A DNA stretch of 64,000 nt from contig CBDDBZ010000023.1 of NCBI GenBank assembly GCA_965225945.1, forward strand, positions 17,788-81,787. Reading direction: 5' to 3'. The first letter of the stretch is position 1, and every line of letters begins with the position of its first letter. Both the position numbers and the translations under genes were made by a program. The notes below the pieces were generated by a model. That model had not been told where the DNA came from and made no database searches. It worked only from the letters and a program-made list of their open reading frames with translations. Of this stretch, positions 20,960 to 30,173 are shown piece by piece. This DNA comes from Alphaproteobacteria bacterium. Its GTDB lineage: Bacteria > Pseudomonadota > Alphaproteobacteria > GCA-2731375.

Positions 20960-21769
20960 ATGCGTTTCAAGTCGTTTGTTATCCCGATTGCGACCGCGAT
21001 CCTGGCGGCGACGGCCGGCCCGCTCGGCGCGGCACCCCAGGCCCTCGGACTGGTGGCGATGGACGCAGCCACGCCGCTTCGTTGCGAGGGTGGTGTCTGC
21101 CGGGCGGAGTTCACGACCTTCTGTTTACAGAAGGCGCGATCGTTCCCGGCCCGGGGGACCGCATACGAGGTGGCCGCGTCCGGTGACTTGACGCTACGCT
21201 GGCGCGATGCCGAGGGGCGTCTCCACCGAGTCGCGGCCGCGCCCCATATCCGCATCCACACCCCACGCGCCGGCCATGCCGCCGTCACCATCACGCTGGC
21301 CGCATCGAGGCTGGCGGCGCTCGGCGGGACCCGAGCGGCGATCGAGGTGGGCCAACGGGTGACCCTGACGTCGGTCGCGATCGCCGGCGATCCCGACCCC
21401 CAAGGCTAGGCGGAACGCCGGCGGGTCGCCGGCCCGCTTCGTGCCCTCGGCGCCGACATGGTCGATGCCGGCGGGGAGGGAATCGAGCTCGCGCGGAGCC
21501 TCGTCCGCCTGGTGAACGCGCTGCCGGAGGGGATCGATCGCGGCAGGCACGCCCGCGACAGGCTCTGGGTTCGCGCGCTCCGCGACGGGCTTGCCGCCAC
21601 GACGCCGGCGCGTCGCCGTCTCGCGGCCCGGGAATACGCGCGGTGCTGGGACGATCGCGTGGTCCAGCTCGGCGGCTATTCGGTCCGCGAATGCCTGAGC
21701 CGGCGCCACGACGAGGTGATGTGGGGCGAAGTCACGCGCTACTGGAAGGCCGCCGAGCCCGGGAGTTGA
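20960..21769 (+). pseudogene. Hypothetical secreted Cys-containing protein with in-frame TAG at 21407-21409
   Basis: Signal peptide, CEGGVCRAEFTTFCLQ; frame continues after TAG into ORF 21458-21769. Confidence 0.6.
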
Positions 21770-21801
21770 GAGCCGGCTTCGAAAATTTTCGAATCGGACT
21801 C

Positions 21802-23127
21802 TCAGTTGAAGCCCAGCACCTTGGACGGCAGCCACAGCGCCAGTGCGGGGAACCCCATCACCAGGGCGAGGGCGATGATCTCCAGCCCGATGAAGGGGAC
21901 GACACCGCGATACATGTCGCCGAGCGTGATCTCCGGCGGACTGATACCGCGCAAGTAGAAGATCGCCGGCGCCATCGGCGGCGTCAGGTAGCTGGTCTGG
22001 ATCACGATCAGGAAGAGGATCGAGAACCAGACCGGGTCGAAGCCGAACTCCTTCATCAACGCGATCGAGATCGGCACGAAGATCAGGATGATCGAGATCA
22101 TGTCGAGCACGAAGCCGGCGAGAAAGGCCAGGAACAGGATCACCAGCAACGTGGTCCAGGCGGTGAGACCGGATGCCTGCATCATGTCGGTCACCAGAAG
22201 CATGGCGCCGGCGGCGACGAAGACGCCCGAGAACATCAACCCGCCCAAATAGATCATCAGGATCATCGAACTCACCAGCAAGGTCCGAACCAGGGCCTCG
22301 CGCAGCACGGCGAAGCTGAAGTTGCGGTAGGCCATGGTCAGGAGCACGGTGCCGAGCGCGCCCGCCGCCGCCGCCTCGGTCGGCGTCGCGGCGCCGATCA
22401 TGATCGAGCCCAGCACCATGACGATCAGCAAGATCGGCGGGACCATCGCCGTGGCCGAGATCGCCAGCTTGCCTCCGAACGAGGGCTCGGCGGCGCTCGG
22501 CGGCAGGCGGGGACCGTAGCGCGGGCGGAGGCCGCAGAGGATCAGGATATAGAGGATATAGAGCCCGGCGATGATCAACCCCGGAATCAGCATTCCGATG
22601 AAGAGGTCGCCGATAGAGACGCCGGCGACCGGGCCCAGGATCACCACCACGATCGAGGGCGGGATGATGGTGCCGAGCGAGCCGCCGGCGCAAATCGTGC
22701 CCGAGATCAGCCCCTTGTCGTAGGCGTGCTTCAGCATCGGCGGGATCGCCAGGATGCCGACCACCGACTCGGTGGCGCCCAAGACGCCGCTGGCGGCGGC
22801 GAAGACGACGCACATCAGGATCGTGCCGACGGCGAGTCCGCCCGGTAGCCGCCGGGTCCAGAGATGGATTGCATCGAATAGCTTGGCGGCGATGCCCGAG
22901 CGCTCCAGCATCGCGCCCATGAAAATGAAGAGGGGTATCGCCGCCAGGATCTGCGTCCCGGCGATGGTGTGCACCTTGGAGACCAGGAGCGCCGCCAGCG
23001 CGTCCGGCGGCCAGCGCAACAGGCCGAAGAGGAAGCTGGTCCCCATCAGCGCGAAGGCGACCGGAAAGCCCATGAAGATCGCCACCAGCAGGGCGGGGAA
23101 CATCCAGACGGCGATCTCGAGGCCCAT
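21802..23127 (-). CDS. dctM: TRAP transporter large permease
   Basis: GFPVAFAL, AIPLFIFMG, AGGSLGTIIPPS, ATPTEAA, SYLTPP; very hydrophobic. Confidence 0.93.
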   Translation of the reverse strand: MGLEIAVWMFPALLVAIFMGFPVAFALMGTSFLFGLLRWPPDALAALLVSKVHTIAGTQILAAIPLFIFMGAMLERSGIAAKLFDAIHLWTRRLPGGLAVGTILMCVVFAAASGVLGATESVVGILAIPPMLKHAYDKGLISGTICAGGSLGTIIPPSIVVVILGPVAGVSIGDLFIGMLIPGLIIAGLYILYILILCGLRPRYGPRLPPSAAEPSFGGKLAISATAMVPPILLIVMVLGSIMIGAATPTEAAAAGALGTVLLTMAYRNFSFAVLREALVRTLLVSSMILMIYLGGLMFSGVFVAAGAMLLVTDMMQASGLTAWTTLLVILFLAFLAGFVLDMISIILIFVPISIALMKEFGFDPVWFSILFLIVIQTSYLTPPMAPAIFYLRGISPPEITLGDMYRGVVPFIGLEIIALALVMGFPALALWLPSKVLGFN

Positions 23128-23185
23128 GACGACGGCTCCGGTTCCGGCCCCGAGAGGGGAAGTGCCCGCAGGCGGGGGCGTCGGC

Positions 23186-23479
23186 TCAGCCGGTGACGGC
23201 GGCGATCGCCTTCCTCAGATCATCGGCGTTCATCACCGGCAGGAACTCGACCGCCGCGTCGAGGTTCACGAACAGCGGTTCGGCGATGATCGCGATCTGG
23301 CTCGGATCGGCCATGTCGAAAACCATCATGCCGCCGCGCTCGCCCTGCTCGGGCCAGAAATAGGCCGCTTCCGGCTGCAGTTTTTCGATCATCTCCTCGA
23401 GCGCCTTGGCGAGCGAGCCGTCCTTGATCGTTTCGTTGCCGCGCTCCACCGGCACCGTCCAGCGCATCATCATCCGCAT
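23186..23479 (-). CDS. Small conserved hypothetical protein (probably ferredoxin-like/dimeric alpha-beta barrel)
   Basis: GNETIKDG..PEAAYF..GERGG..EPLF..A.VEF.PVMN pattern seen in a widespread small family; GGGAGA RBS. Confidence 0.7.
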   Translation of the reverse strand: MRMMMRWTVPVERGNETIKDGSLAKALEEMIEKLQPEAAYFWPEQGERGGMMVFDMADPSQIAIIAEPLFVNLDAAVEFLPVMNADDLRKAIAAVTG

Positions 23480-23619
23480 TTCCGTCTCCCTCGATCTCCC
23501 CGGGCTCATGCCCCGATGGTCGAGAGTATAGAGCACGCGCGGTCCTCGCGCCGGAAAGGGTCTGGCCAGGAGAGAGCCGGGGGAGGTATCCTGTCGTCGT
23601 TCGGCGGAAAGGAAAGCGG

Positions 23620-24060
23620 ATGACGCTCACCATCATTCCCGACGTGGTGCGGGATCAGGCGATACGGGCGCTCGGCGGGAGCGATAGCGCGCACGCGGCC
23701 GCGGCCCTGATGGTCGAGGCCGATATCTCGGCGGTGCTGATCAACGACGACGCGGGCCGCTTGGTCGGCATCGTCACCGAGCGAGACCTGGCGCGGCGGA
23801 TCGTCGCCGCCGGCCGCGATTCGCGCACCACCACGCTGGCCGAGATCATGACGCCGGAGCCGGAATGCGTTCCGCCGGACGACACGCCCGACCACGCGCT
23901 CGTGTTGATGCAGGCGAGACGCTATCGCCATCTGCCGATCACGGTCGAGGGCCGCGCCGTCGGCATGGTGTCGATGCGCGACCTCCGAACGGCGACCCGG
24001 ATCGCGAGGCAGCGGGGCGGCGTCCTCTCCTGGTTCACCGGCGGGCGCGCCGCCGGTTGA
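23620..24060 (+). CDS. CBS-domain protein
   Basis: LVGIVTERDL, IMTPEP, YRHLPI, VGMVSMRDL. Confidence 0.92.
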   Translation: MTLTIIPDVVRDQAIRALGGSDSAHAAAALMVEADISAVLINDDAGRLVGIVTERDLARRIVAAGRDSRTTTLAEIMTPEPECVPPDDTPDHALVLMQARRYRHLPITVEGRAVGMVSMRDLRTATRIARQRGGVLSWFTGGRAAG

Positions 24061-24085
24061 AGACCCGGGCCGGGCACGAGCCGGT

Positions 24086-25117
24086 CTATTCCGCGTCGCC
24101 GCCGCCGTTGAAATCGAACCAGAAATCGGAGCCGGAGTCGGCGGCGAGTTCGGTGAAACTGGTGCGCCCGTCCATCGCTCGCCGGGTCATCTCCAGCAGT
24201 TGCTTCGGTCGGTAGAGGGCGAGATCCAGGCCCGTGTCGGGAGCGAGGTCGGGGATCGCCGGCGCGCCGGGAACGCGCTCGGCCGCCGTCAGCGGGCGCG
24301 CCCAGGCGCGGAGCGCGCGCGCCTGCCCGCCGGACAGGCCTAGATCGACGATTCTGGCGCCCGCATGCCCGGCGAACCAATCCCGGCCGTGATCGATGCT
24401 CTCGGCGAAGCCGAGGCCGTGCGGCGTCAGGTCGTGGACGACGAAGATTTCAGGCGCCGCGCGCTCCCGCAGTGCCGACACCAGCGCCTCGCGCGCGACC
24501 GTATCGCCGGCAGCGCTGATCACATGGCAGGCGTTCTGCAGGTGGAACTCGTTGGCCAGGTAGAAGGCGGCGAAATCCGCCCGCTCGCAGACCAGCAGGC
24601 GATCGTGAACCACCCCGTCGAGCGGGCTGGGAACTTCGGCCACCGCCGCATGCTCCGGCGAAATCAAGTGGGTCGGCGGATTGAGCCGGCCATAGCGTTG
24701 CAGGATTCGCGCGACGTCGAGCTTCTTGGCACCCATGCGCGGGACCTTGGTGCCCGGCCATTTCTTGACCAGGCTAGAGATCACGAAAATGCCGACGACG
24801 AAGACGATCATCGCGACCACGAAATGCACGAATTCGAACACCGCCACGACGACGACGACCAAGCCAATCCAGGCGATCGCGCGGAAAAGTAGCGGGGGCA
24901 CGGCCAATCGGCGCTCGATCTCGTAGGTGAGTTGCTCCGGGAGATAGCGGTGCTCGCCCTTGGCGGTGACGGCGTCCATGGCCCGCTTCACGAACATGTC
25001 GGCGACACCGTCGACCTTGGGATTGAGGGCGAAGGCGTGTTCGCAATGCCCGCAGATCTTGGCCGGTTGCCCCTTGCCGAGGGGCTTGGTGTCCTTTTCG
25101 CACGCCACGCAACGCAT
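24086..25117 (-). CDS. Hypothetical membrane protein: N-terminal CxxC-CxxC, 2 TM helices, degenerate TOPRIM-like C-terminal domain
   Basis: MRCVAC..CGHCEHAFALNPK; hydrophobic stretch; RLLVCE..ANEFHLQNAC..VVHDLTPHGL. Confidence 0.65.
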   Translation of the reverse strand: MRCVACEKDTKPLGKGQPAKICGHCEHAFALNPKVDGVADMFVKRAMDAVTAKGEHRYLPEQLTYEIERRLAVPPLLFRAIAWIGLVVVVVAVFEFVHFVVAMIVFVVGIFVISSLVKKWPGTKVPRMGAKKLDVARILQRYGRLNPPTHLISPEHAAVAEVPSPLDGVVHDRLLVCERADFAAFYLANEFHLQNACHVISAAGDTVAREALVSALRERAAPEIFVVHDLTPHGLGFAESIDHGRDWFAGHAGARIVDLGLSGGQARALRAWARPLTAAERVPGAPAIPDLAPDTGLDLALYRPKQLLEMTRRAMDGRTSFTELAADSGSDFWFDFNGGGDAE

Positions 25118-25196
25118 CCCGGCGGTTCCCTCCGCATCGTCGATCACCGGCGCCGTTGCTATGATCGCACAGGATGGACGATATCGAGGAGGCGAA

Positions 25197-27005
25197 ATGT
25201 CGGACCTGCTGGGGGCCTGGTCGCTCGACAATGTTCCCGCCCGGCGCCGGATCTCGGCGCTGGACGAGGCGGCGATGCTGCCGCATCTCCCCGGCCATCC
25301 GGACGGCCTCGGCGAGGTCGCGGCGGGCCCGCTCTGGCTGGTGGGCGCGCGCGCCAAGGTGAGTCGCGCCGGGCCGACATGCCTCGGCTTCGAGGGTCTC
25401 CTGGTGGGCGACGGCGCCTTGGCGGCGATGGCGCCCGACGCGCGCCCCGAAGGTCATTTCGTGCTGGCACGCGCCGACCTCGAGGCTGGGAAACTCACCT
25501 TGCTGCGCGGCCTCTCGGGTGGCGAGCGGCTCTATTACGCGCGCCTCCCCGGCCTGGTGCTGTTCGCCGCCTCGATCCGCCCGCTCTTGGCGCATCCTCG
25601 GATCGGCCGGACGCTGCGGCGCTCGGCGATCGACGAGGTGCTGCTCAGCGGCTTGGTGATGTCGGGCGAGGGCAGCCTGATCGAGGGCATCGAGGAGGTC
25701 CAGCCGGGCCATCGCTTGGAGATCGGCCGCGAGGTCGGCGTGCAGCGCTGGCACTGGGAGGGGTTGCTGGAGCCGCTCGAGGGCGACGTCGCCACCCTGG
25801 CCCGGGAATATCGCCGCTGCCTCGGCGGCGCGGTCGAGGCGGCGATCGGCGGCGACGGCCGAGTGGCGGTCTCGCTCTCCGGTGGCATCGATTCCTCGGC
25901 CATCGCGGCACTCGCCGTCGAGTGCGTCGGGCCTGGGAACGTCGAGGCCTTTACCTACGAGTTCGACGATCCGAGCCACCCGCCGGAAACCCCTTTCGCG
26001 GTCGAGGTCTGCCGCCACCTCGGAATTCGCCGCCATCACGTCTTCAGAATCGGTTTCGCGGACTATCTGGCGGCCATTCCCGAGGTGGTGTAGCGGGCGG
26101 AGAGCCCGGTGCATTGGCCCAAGGCGTTCATGCTGCCGGCGGCGCGCCGGATCATGGCGCACGGTCACGACAAATTTCTCTCCGGCTTCGGCATCGGCAG
26201 CCACATGGCGCACCTGGAGGATTTGGCCCGCCTGCTGGCAGCACTCCCGTCACCCGACATGGCGCTCCGCTACTGGCGGCTCGCGCGGTCCCGGCGCTGG
26301 CGCTTCCTCGATCGCTTGCGCTTGCTTCACCCCTGCCTGGAGCCACTCTATCCCCGCCTCCAACTTCTGCTCCTCGCTGTCCTCAGCGAGCGCGGCATGA
26401 TCACCGAACTCGGGCGCCACTACCCGGAGATCATGGCGCCGCTGCTGGGACCCGAGCGCGATGTCGGCCGGGGGCGATGCGGGTTCGCGGCGATGGGGCT
26501 GGAGGCCCAGCTTCGCCATCGGAGTTTCGCCCGTCTGGTCTCCTGCATCGACGTCACTCGGTGGGAAAAGGTGCTGAGGGAGATCGGTGCCCATCGCCTG
26601 TCGCCGGCACACTTCGCCCAATGCCTGCCCTATTCCTATATGCCGATCCGACCCCGGCCCAACCCGTGGTCGGTGGCGGGCCGCTTGCGGCCGGGAAAGC
26701 TGCTGCTCAGGGAGGCGATGCGCGGCGTTCTACCCGATTCCGTGCTTCTTCGGCGCAAGTCGTGGGCCGATGCGGTGGTCTCGCCCGGCTGGTATCGGGC
26801 GGGACTGAATTGGATGCGAAGCGTCCTGCCGCGAGGCGTCGACTGCCTGGGCAACGGCGAGGCGGACTATCGCCGGGCGCTCCGCTATTGGGAGCCGCGC
26901 TCGCCGCAGGCGACCCCGACCGCGCTGCGCTTCTGGCACCGCGTCGTCGTGGAGAAGGGCATCGGGACCCGGCCGCCCGGCTGGCGAGATCTGGCGCGGG
27001 AGTGA
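25197..27005 (+). pseudogene. Asparagine synthetase-like ATP-dependent amide ligase, in-frame TAG at 26091-26093
   Basis: LYYA..FAAS, PGH, VSLSGGIDSS, GKLLLREAMRGVLPDSVLLRRK; frame continues across TAG. Confidence 0.8.
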
Positions 27006-27066
27006 GCGGGCGAGTGTTTCCGAGTGAGCGCGTGGCGAAATCGGACTTCGGCGTCGTCGCCCGTGC

Positions 27067-27978
27067 TCATCCTCCGTGGCGTTTCTTGATCTCGGGGATG
27101 ACCTCCCGGGCGATGGTCTCGAAGGCCGGATACTGCGCTTCCAGCATCGGATAATATAGGCCGAGCTCGGACATGCCGGTCTCGATCAGGCTTTCGGCCA
27201 TGTCGATGAAGAGATTGGTCGATTCGTAATAGCCGACCGCGCCGCCGCTCGCCCGCGAGGCCGGATCGAACATCAAGTAGGAGCGGCGGAGTTTACCCGA
27301 ATCGCGGCCGATGGCGGCCAAGTTGTCGTCCATGCGGGCTGCCCGCTCGCGGGTCTCGGCCAGTTGCGCCTCGAAGCTTTCGGCGAAGCTCAGGCTGTTC
27401 CAGTTGTCGGCGTATTTCGCCGCGTGGCGTATCATCACCGGGCCAAGCGCGGCGATGACGATCGGCGGGCGTGGCTTCTGCACCGTCCCCGGGTTCATCA
27501 TCGCGTCCTTGATTTCGTAGTATCGGCCTTTGAAGCTCGAGACTTCGTTCGAGAGCAGGCGGTCGACGATTTCGACATATTCCGGGAAGCGGGCGACGCG
27601 TTCCTTGCCGCTCCAATTGGGGATGCCGATCATGTCGTAAGACGGATCGATGTCGAGGCCGGTGCCGAGGCCGACCTCCAGCCGCCCGCCGGAAAGCTGA
27701 TCGACCGTCATGGCCTGGCGGGCCAACATCGCCGGATTGCGGAGCGGAATCTGCGTGACGTAGGTGGCGAGGCGAATTCGCGTCGTCTCCCGGGCGAGCG
27801 CGGCGAGCGTGGTCCAGGCCTCGAGCCACGGCGCCGACGGATTGGTCCAGTCGATGAAATGATCGCCCGTCGTCGCCAGGTCGAAACCCAGATCCTCGAT
27901 ATGCTTGAAGCGACGCAGGACCTCGCTCCAGTCGGCGTTCGGAAGACTGATAACCTGAAATCGCAGGTCGTGGCTCAT
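27067..27978 (-). CDS. LLM-class flavin-dependent oxidoreductase
   Basis: GDHF, EAWTTLAALARETTRIRL, RNPAMLA, TVDQLSGGRLEVGLG. Confidence 0.92.
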   Translation of the reverse strand: MSHDLRFQVISLPNADWSEVLRRFKHIEDLGFDLATTGDHFIDWTNPSAPWLEAWTTLAALARETTRIRLATYVTQIPLRNPAMLARQAMTVDQLSGGRLEVGLGTGLDIDPSYDMIGIPNWSGKERVARFPEYVEIVDRLLSNEVSSFKGRYYEIKDAMMNPGTVQKPRPPIVIAALGPVMIRHAAKYADNWNSLSFAESFEAQLAETRERAARMDDNLAAIGRDSGKLRRSYLMFDPASRASGGAVGYYESTNLFIDMAESLIETGMSELGLYYPMLEAQYPAFETIAREVIPEIKKRHGG

Positions 27979-28070
27979 CGTCGGTCTCCTTCCCTTCGGG
28001 GCGCGGCGAGCATCAAATTCGCCCGAGAGACGAATGGTAATGCATGCTGCGCATCCCGGGAATCACCCGT

Positions 28071-28745
28071 TCACCCGCCGAGCGAGGCCCTCGCCAGCGC
28101 ATCGACGTGAACGCGGGCGCAGTCGATGACGGGAAATCCGCAGGCCTGTCCGTCGAACGCCAAGAACAGGTCGGTGCCGACCAGCACGACGACCTCGGCG
28201 CCCTGCTCGCGCACCAGCTCTGCGCCGAGACGGAAAAACAACGCGCGCTGATCCTCGGTGACGCGGCCGGCGCTGGCCATGGCGATATAGGCCTCGTGCG
28301 TCGCGTCCAGATCGGCGCCCTGGGGCAGCACCACCTCGATCGTGGGAATGGCGCCGTAGATATGGGATTCCATCACCGTGCGGGTGCCCAGGAGACCCAC
28401 ACGGGCGACACCGCGCGCCGTCAGCGTCGCGGCCATTTCCGTGACCAGGTCGATCAGCGGCAGGGGCGAGGCCGCCGCCAGTTCGGCGATACAGAAATGT
28501 CCGCCCAGGGAAGTGACCGCCGCCGCGTCGGCGCCCGCGGCCGCCAGCCGCTCGACCAGGCGGAGGAAGATCGCCGCCTGCGCGTGCGCGTCGCCGGCCG
28601 TCAGGTTGGCGACCAGATCGCGCGCCTCGGCCTGGACGATCGTCAGCTCCAGCGGCCGTTCGGCGGCGGCATGCGCCTCGACCAGCCCCCGGTAGTAGAA
28701 CTCCGTCGCGCCCGGCCCGATCCCCCCGATCAATCCGATATGCAT
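28071..28745 (-). CDS. Aspartate/glutamate racemase-family protein (non-canonical active site)
   Basis: IGLIGGIGPGATEFYY, VGLLGT, VVLVGTDL, VIDCARVH. Confidence 0.85.
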   Translation of the reverse strand: MHIGLIGGIGPGATEFYYRGLVEAHAAAERPLELTIVQAEARDLVANLTAGDAHAQAAIFLRLVERLAAAGADAAAVTSLGGHFCIAELAAASPLPLIDLVTEMAATLTARGVARVGLLGTRTVMESHIYGAIPTIEVVLPQGADLDATHEAYIAMASAGRVTEDQRALFFRLGAELVREQGAEVVVLVGTDLFLAFDGQACGFPVIDCARVHVDALARASLGG

Positions 28746-28960
28746 CGCCCTGGCCTTTCCCCGCTGTTCGCAACGACCGATCGCCATGGGGTATGATACC
28801 AAACGCCCCGACGAGGCGGTCGAAGTTCAGGCCCATTGGTGGCGCCGCGATGGTCCCGCGCGCCTGATAAGCGCGTGACATCGCCTCGGTTGGCGCCACA
28901 TACTGTCGTCGCCGCCACGATCGGCTCGGCCCTTCGCGGCGATCGAATGGACGTGAGGAA

Positions 28961-30067
28961 ATGGCGAAAGCGCACGACAACGCCGACATCGGCACGGCGC
29001 ATCTCGACGTCATCAGCGGGGTACTGGATCCGCTGCTGCATCTGTTGGATCTGTTCGACTTCGTGGTCCGGAATCTCTATCCGCCGCACCTGCCGCATCT
29101 GGTGGCGCAAGTAGCGCCGATGGAAGCCCCGCTGGTCGAGGGACTGGAGGCCTTTGGCGGCCTCGAATGGCCGGAGCACTACGACGATTTCGCCAGCCGC
29201 ATTCAAAGCGCGGCGCAGATCGGGCTCGGCACGATCGCCGGCCTCAGGGAAGCGCAAAGCGCGTCGGAAGGCGCGATCCAGGCGACCCGCGCCATGCGCC
29301 GAGCCTCCGGCGCCTTGGAATTGCTTTACCCGCTGGCGGCCGGCATGGCGCCGGTCAGCCGCTTCTTCCTGCCGGAGGAGGCGCGCAACGATCTGGCGCT
29401 CGAGGCGCGGCTCCGCGAGGCTGATATCGATCGCGACATCGTCGGCGTCATGCATGTCGAGAACGAACACGAGGATCGTGGCGGCTTCTCGCTCTACGTG
29501 CCGGAATACTACGACGAGAGCCTGTCCTGGCCCGTGGTGTTCGCGCTCCACGGCGGTACCGGCCATGGCCGGAGCTTCCTCTGGAACTGGATGCGCGAGG
29601 CGCGCTCCGGCGGCGTGATCGTGGTGAGCCCGACTTCGATCGAGCGAACGTGGTCGCTGATAGGCCCCGATGTCGACAGCGAAAACCTGGAGAACATGCT
29701 CGACTTCGTCGGCGAGCACTGGAACATCGACAGGGACCACGTGCTGTTGAGCGGGATGAGCGACGGCGGCACCTTCTGTTACCTGAGCGGGCTGCGCGCC
29801 GCCTCGCCCTTCACCCATCTGGCGCCGATCGCCGCGAGTTTTGATCCGGGCTTGCTCGAGGTGATCGACGGCGTCCACGTCGAGGGCCGGCGGATTCACG
29901 TGATCCACGGCGCCCTCGACTGGATGTTCCCTGTCGAGGTCGGCCGCGCGGCGCGCGATGCCCTCGGCGCGGCGGGGGCGGAGCTGGTCTACCGGGAGAT
30001 CGAGGATCTCTCCCACAGCTTCCCGAGGGACGAGAATCTTCCGCTCCTGGAATGGTTTCTCGGCTGA
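28961..30067 (+). CDS. Phospholipase/carboxylesterase-type alpha/beta hydrolase
   Basis: LYVPEYY, ALHGG, SGMSDGG, HGALDWMF, DLSHSFP. Confidence 0.85.
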   Translation: MAKAHDNADIGTAHLDVISGVLDPLLHLLDLFDFVVRNLYPPHLPHLVAQVAPMEAPLVEGLEAFGGLEWPEHYDDFASRIQSAAQIGLGTIAGLREAQSASEGAIQATRAMRRASGALELLYPLAAGMAPVSRFFLPEEARNDLALEARLREADIDRDIVGVMHVENEHEDRGGFSLYVPEYYDESLSWPVVFALHGGTGHGRSFLWNWMREARSGGVIVVSPTSIERTWSLIGPDVDSENLENMLDFVGEHWNIDRDHVLLSGMSDGGTFCYLSGLRAASPFTHLAPIAASFDPGLLEVIDGVHVEGRRIHVIHGALDWMFPVEVGRAARDALGAAGAELVYREIEDLSHSFPRDENLPLLEWFLG

Positions 30068-30173
30068 GCGAGTCACGGTCGCCCGAGCGCGCGGCCATTG
30101 TGATTCGCCCATGCGGGTCGCCCAACCGGGTCGGGTGTGGTTCTAAACACGGCGTTATCATATCGCAACCGGG

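Noticed and set aside
16796-26093. TAG reassignment or pyrrolysine read-through
   Set aside because: TAG ends intact genes here (31620-31622; 53411-53413 on minus), the inferred residues differ (E, E, W), and no pyl genes are seen
25197-27005. Lasso peptide gene cluster
   Set aside because: No B1/B2 proteins, precursor ORF or exporter nearby
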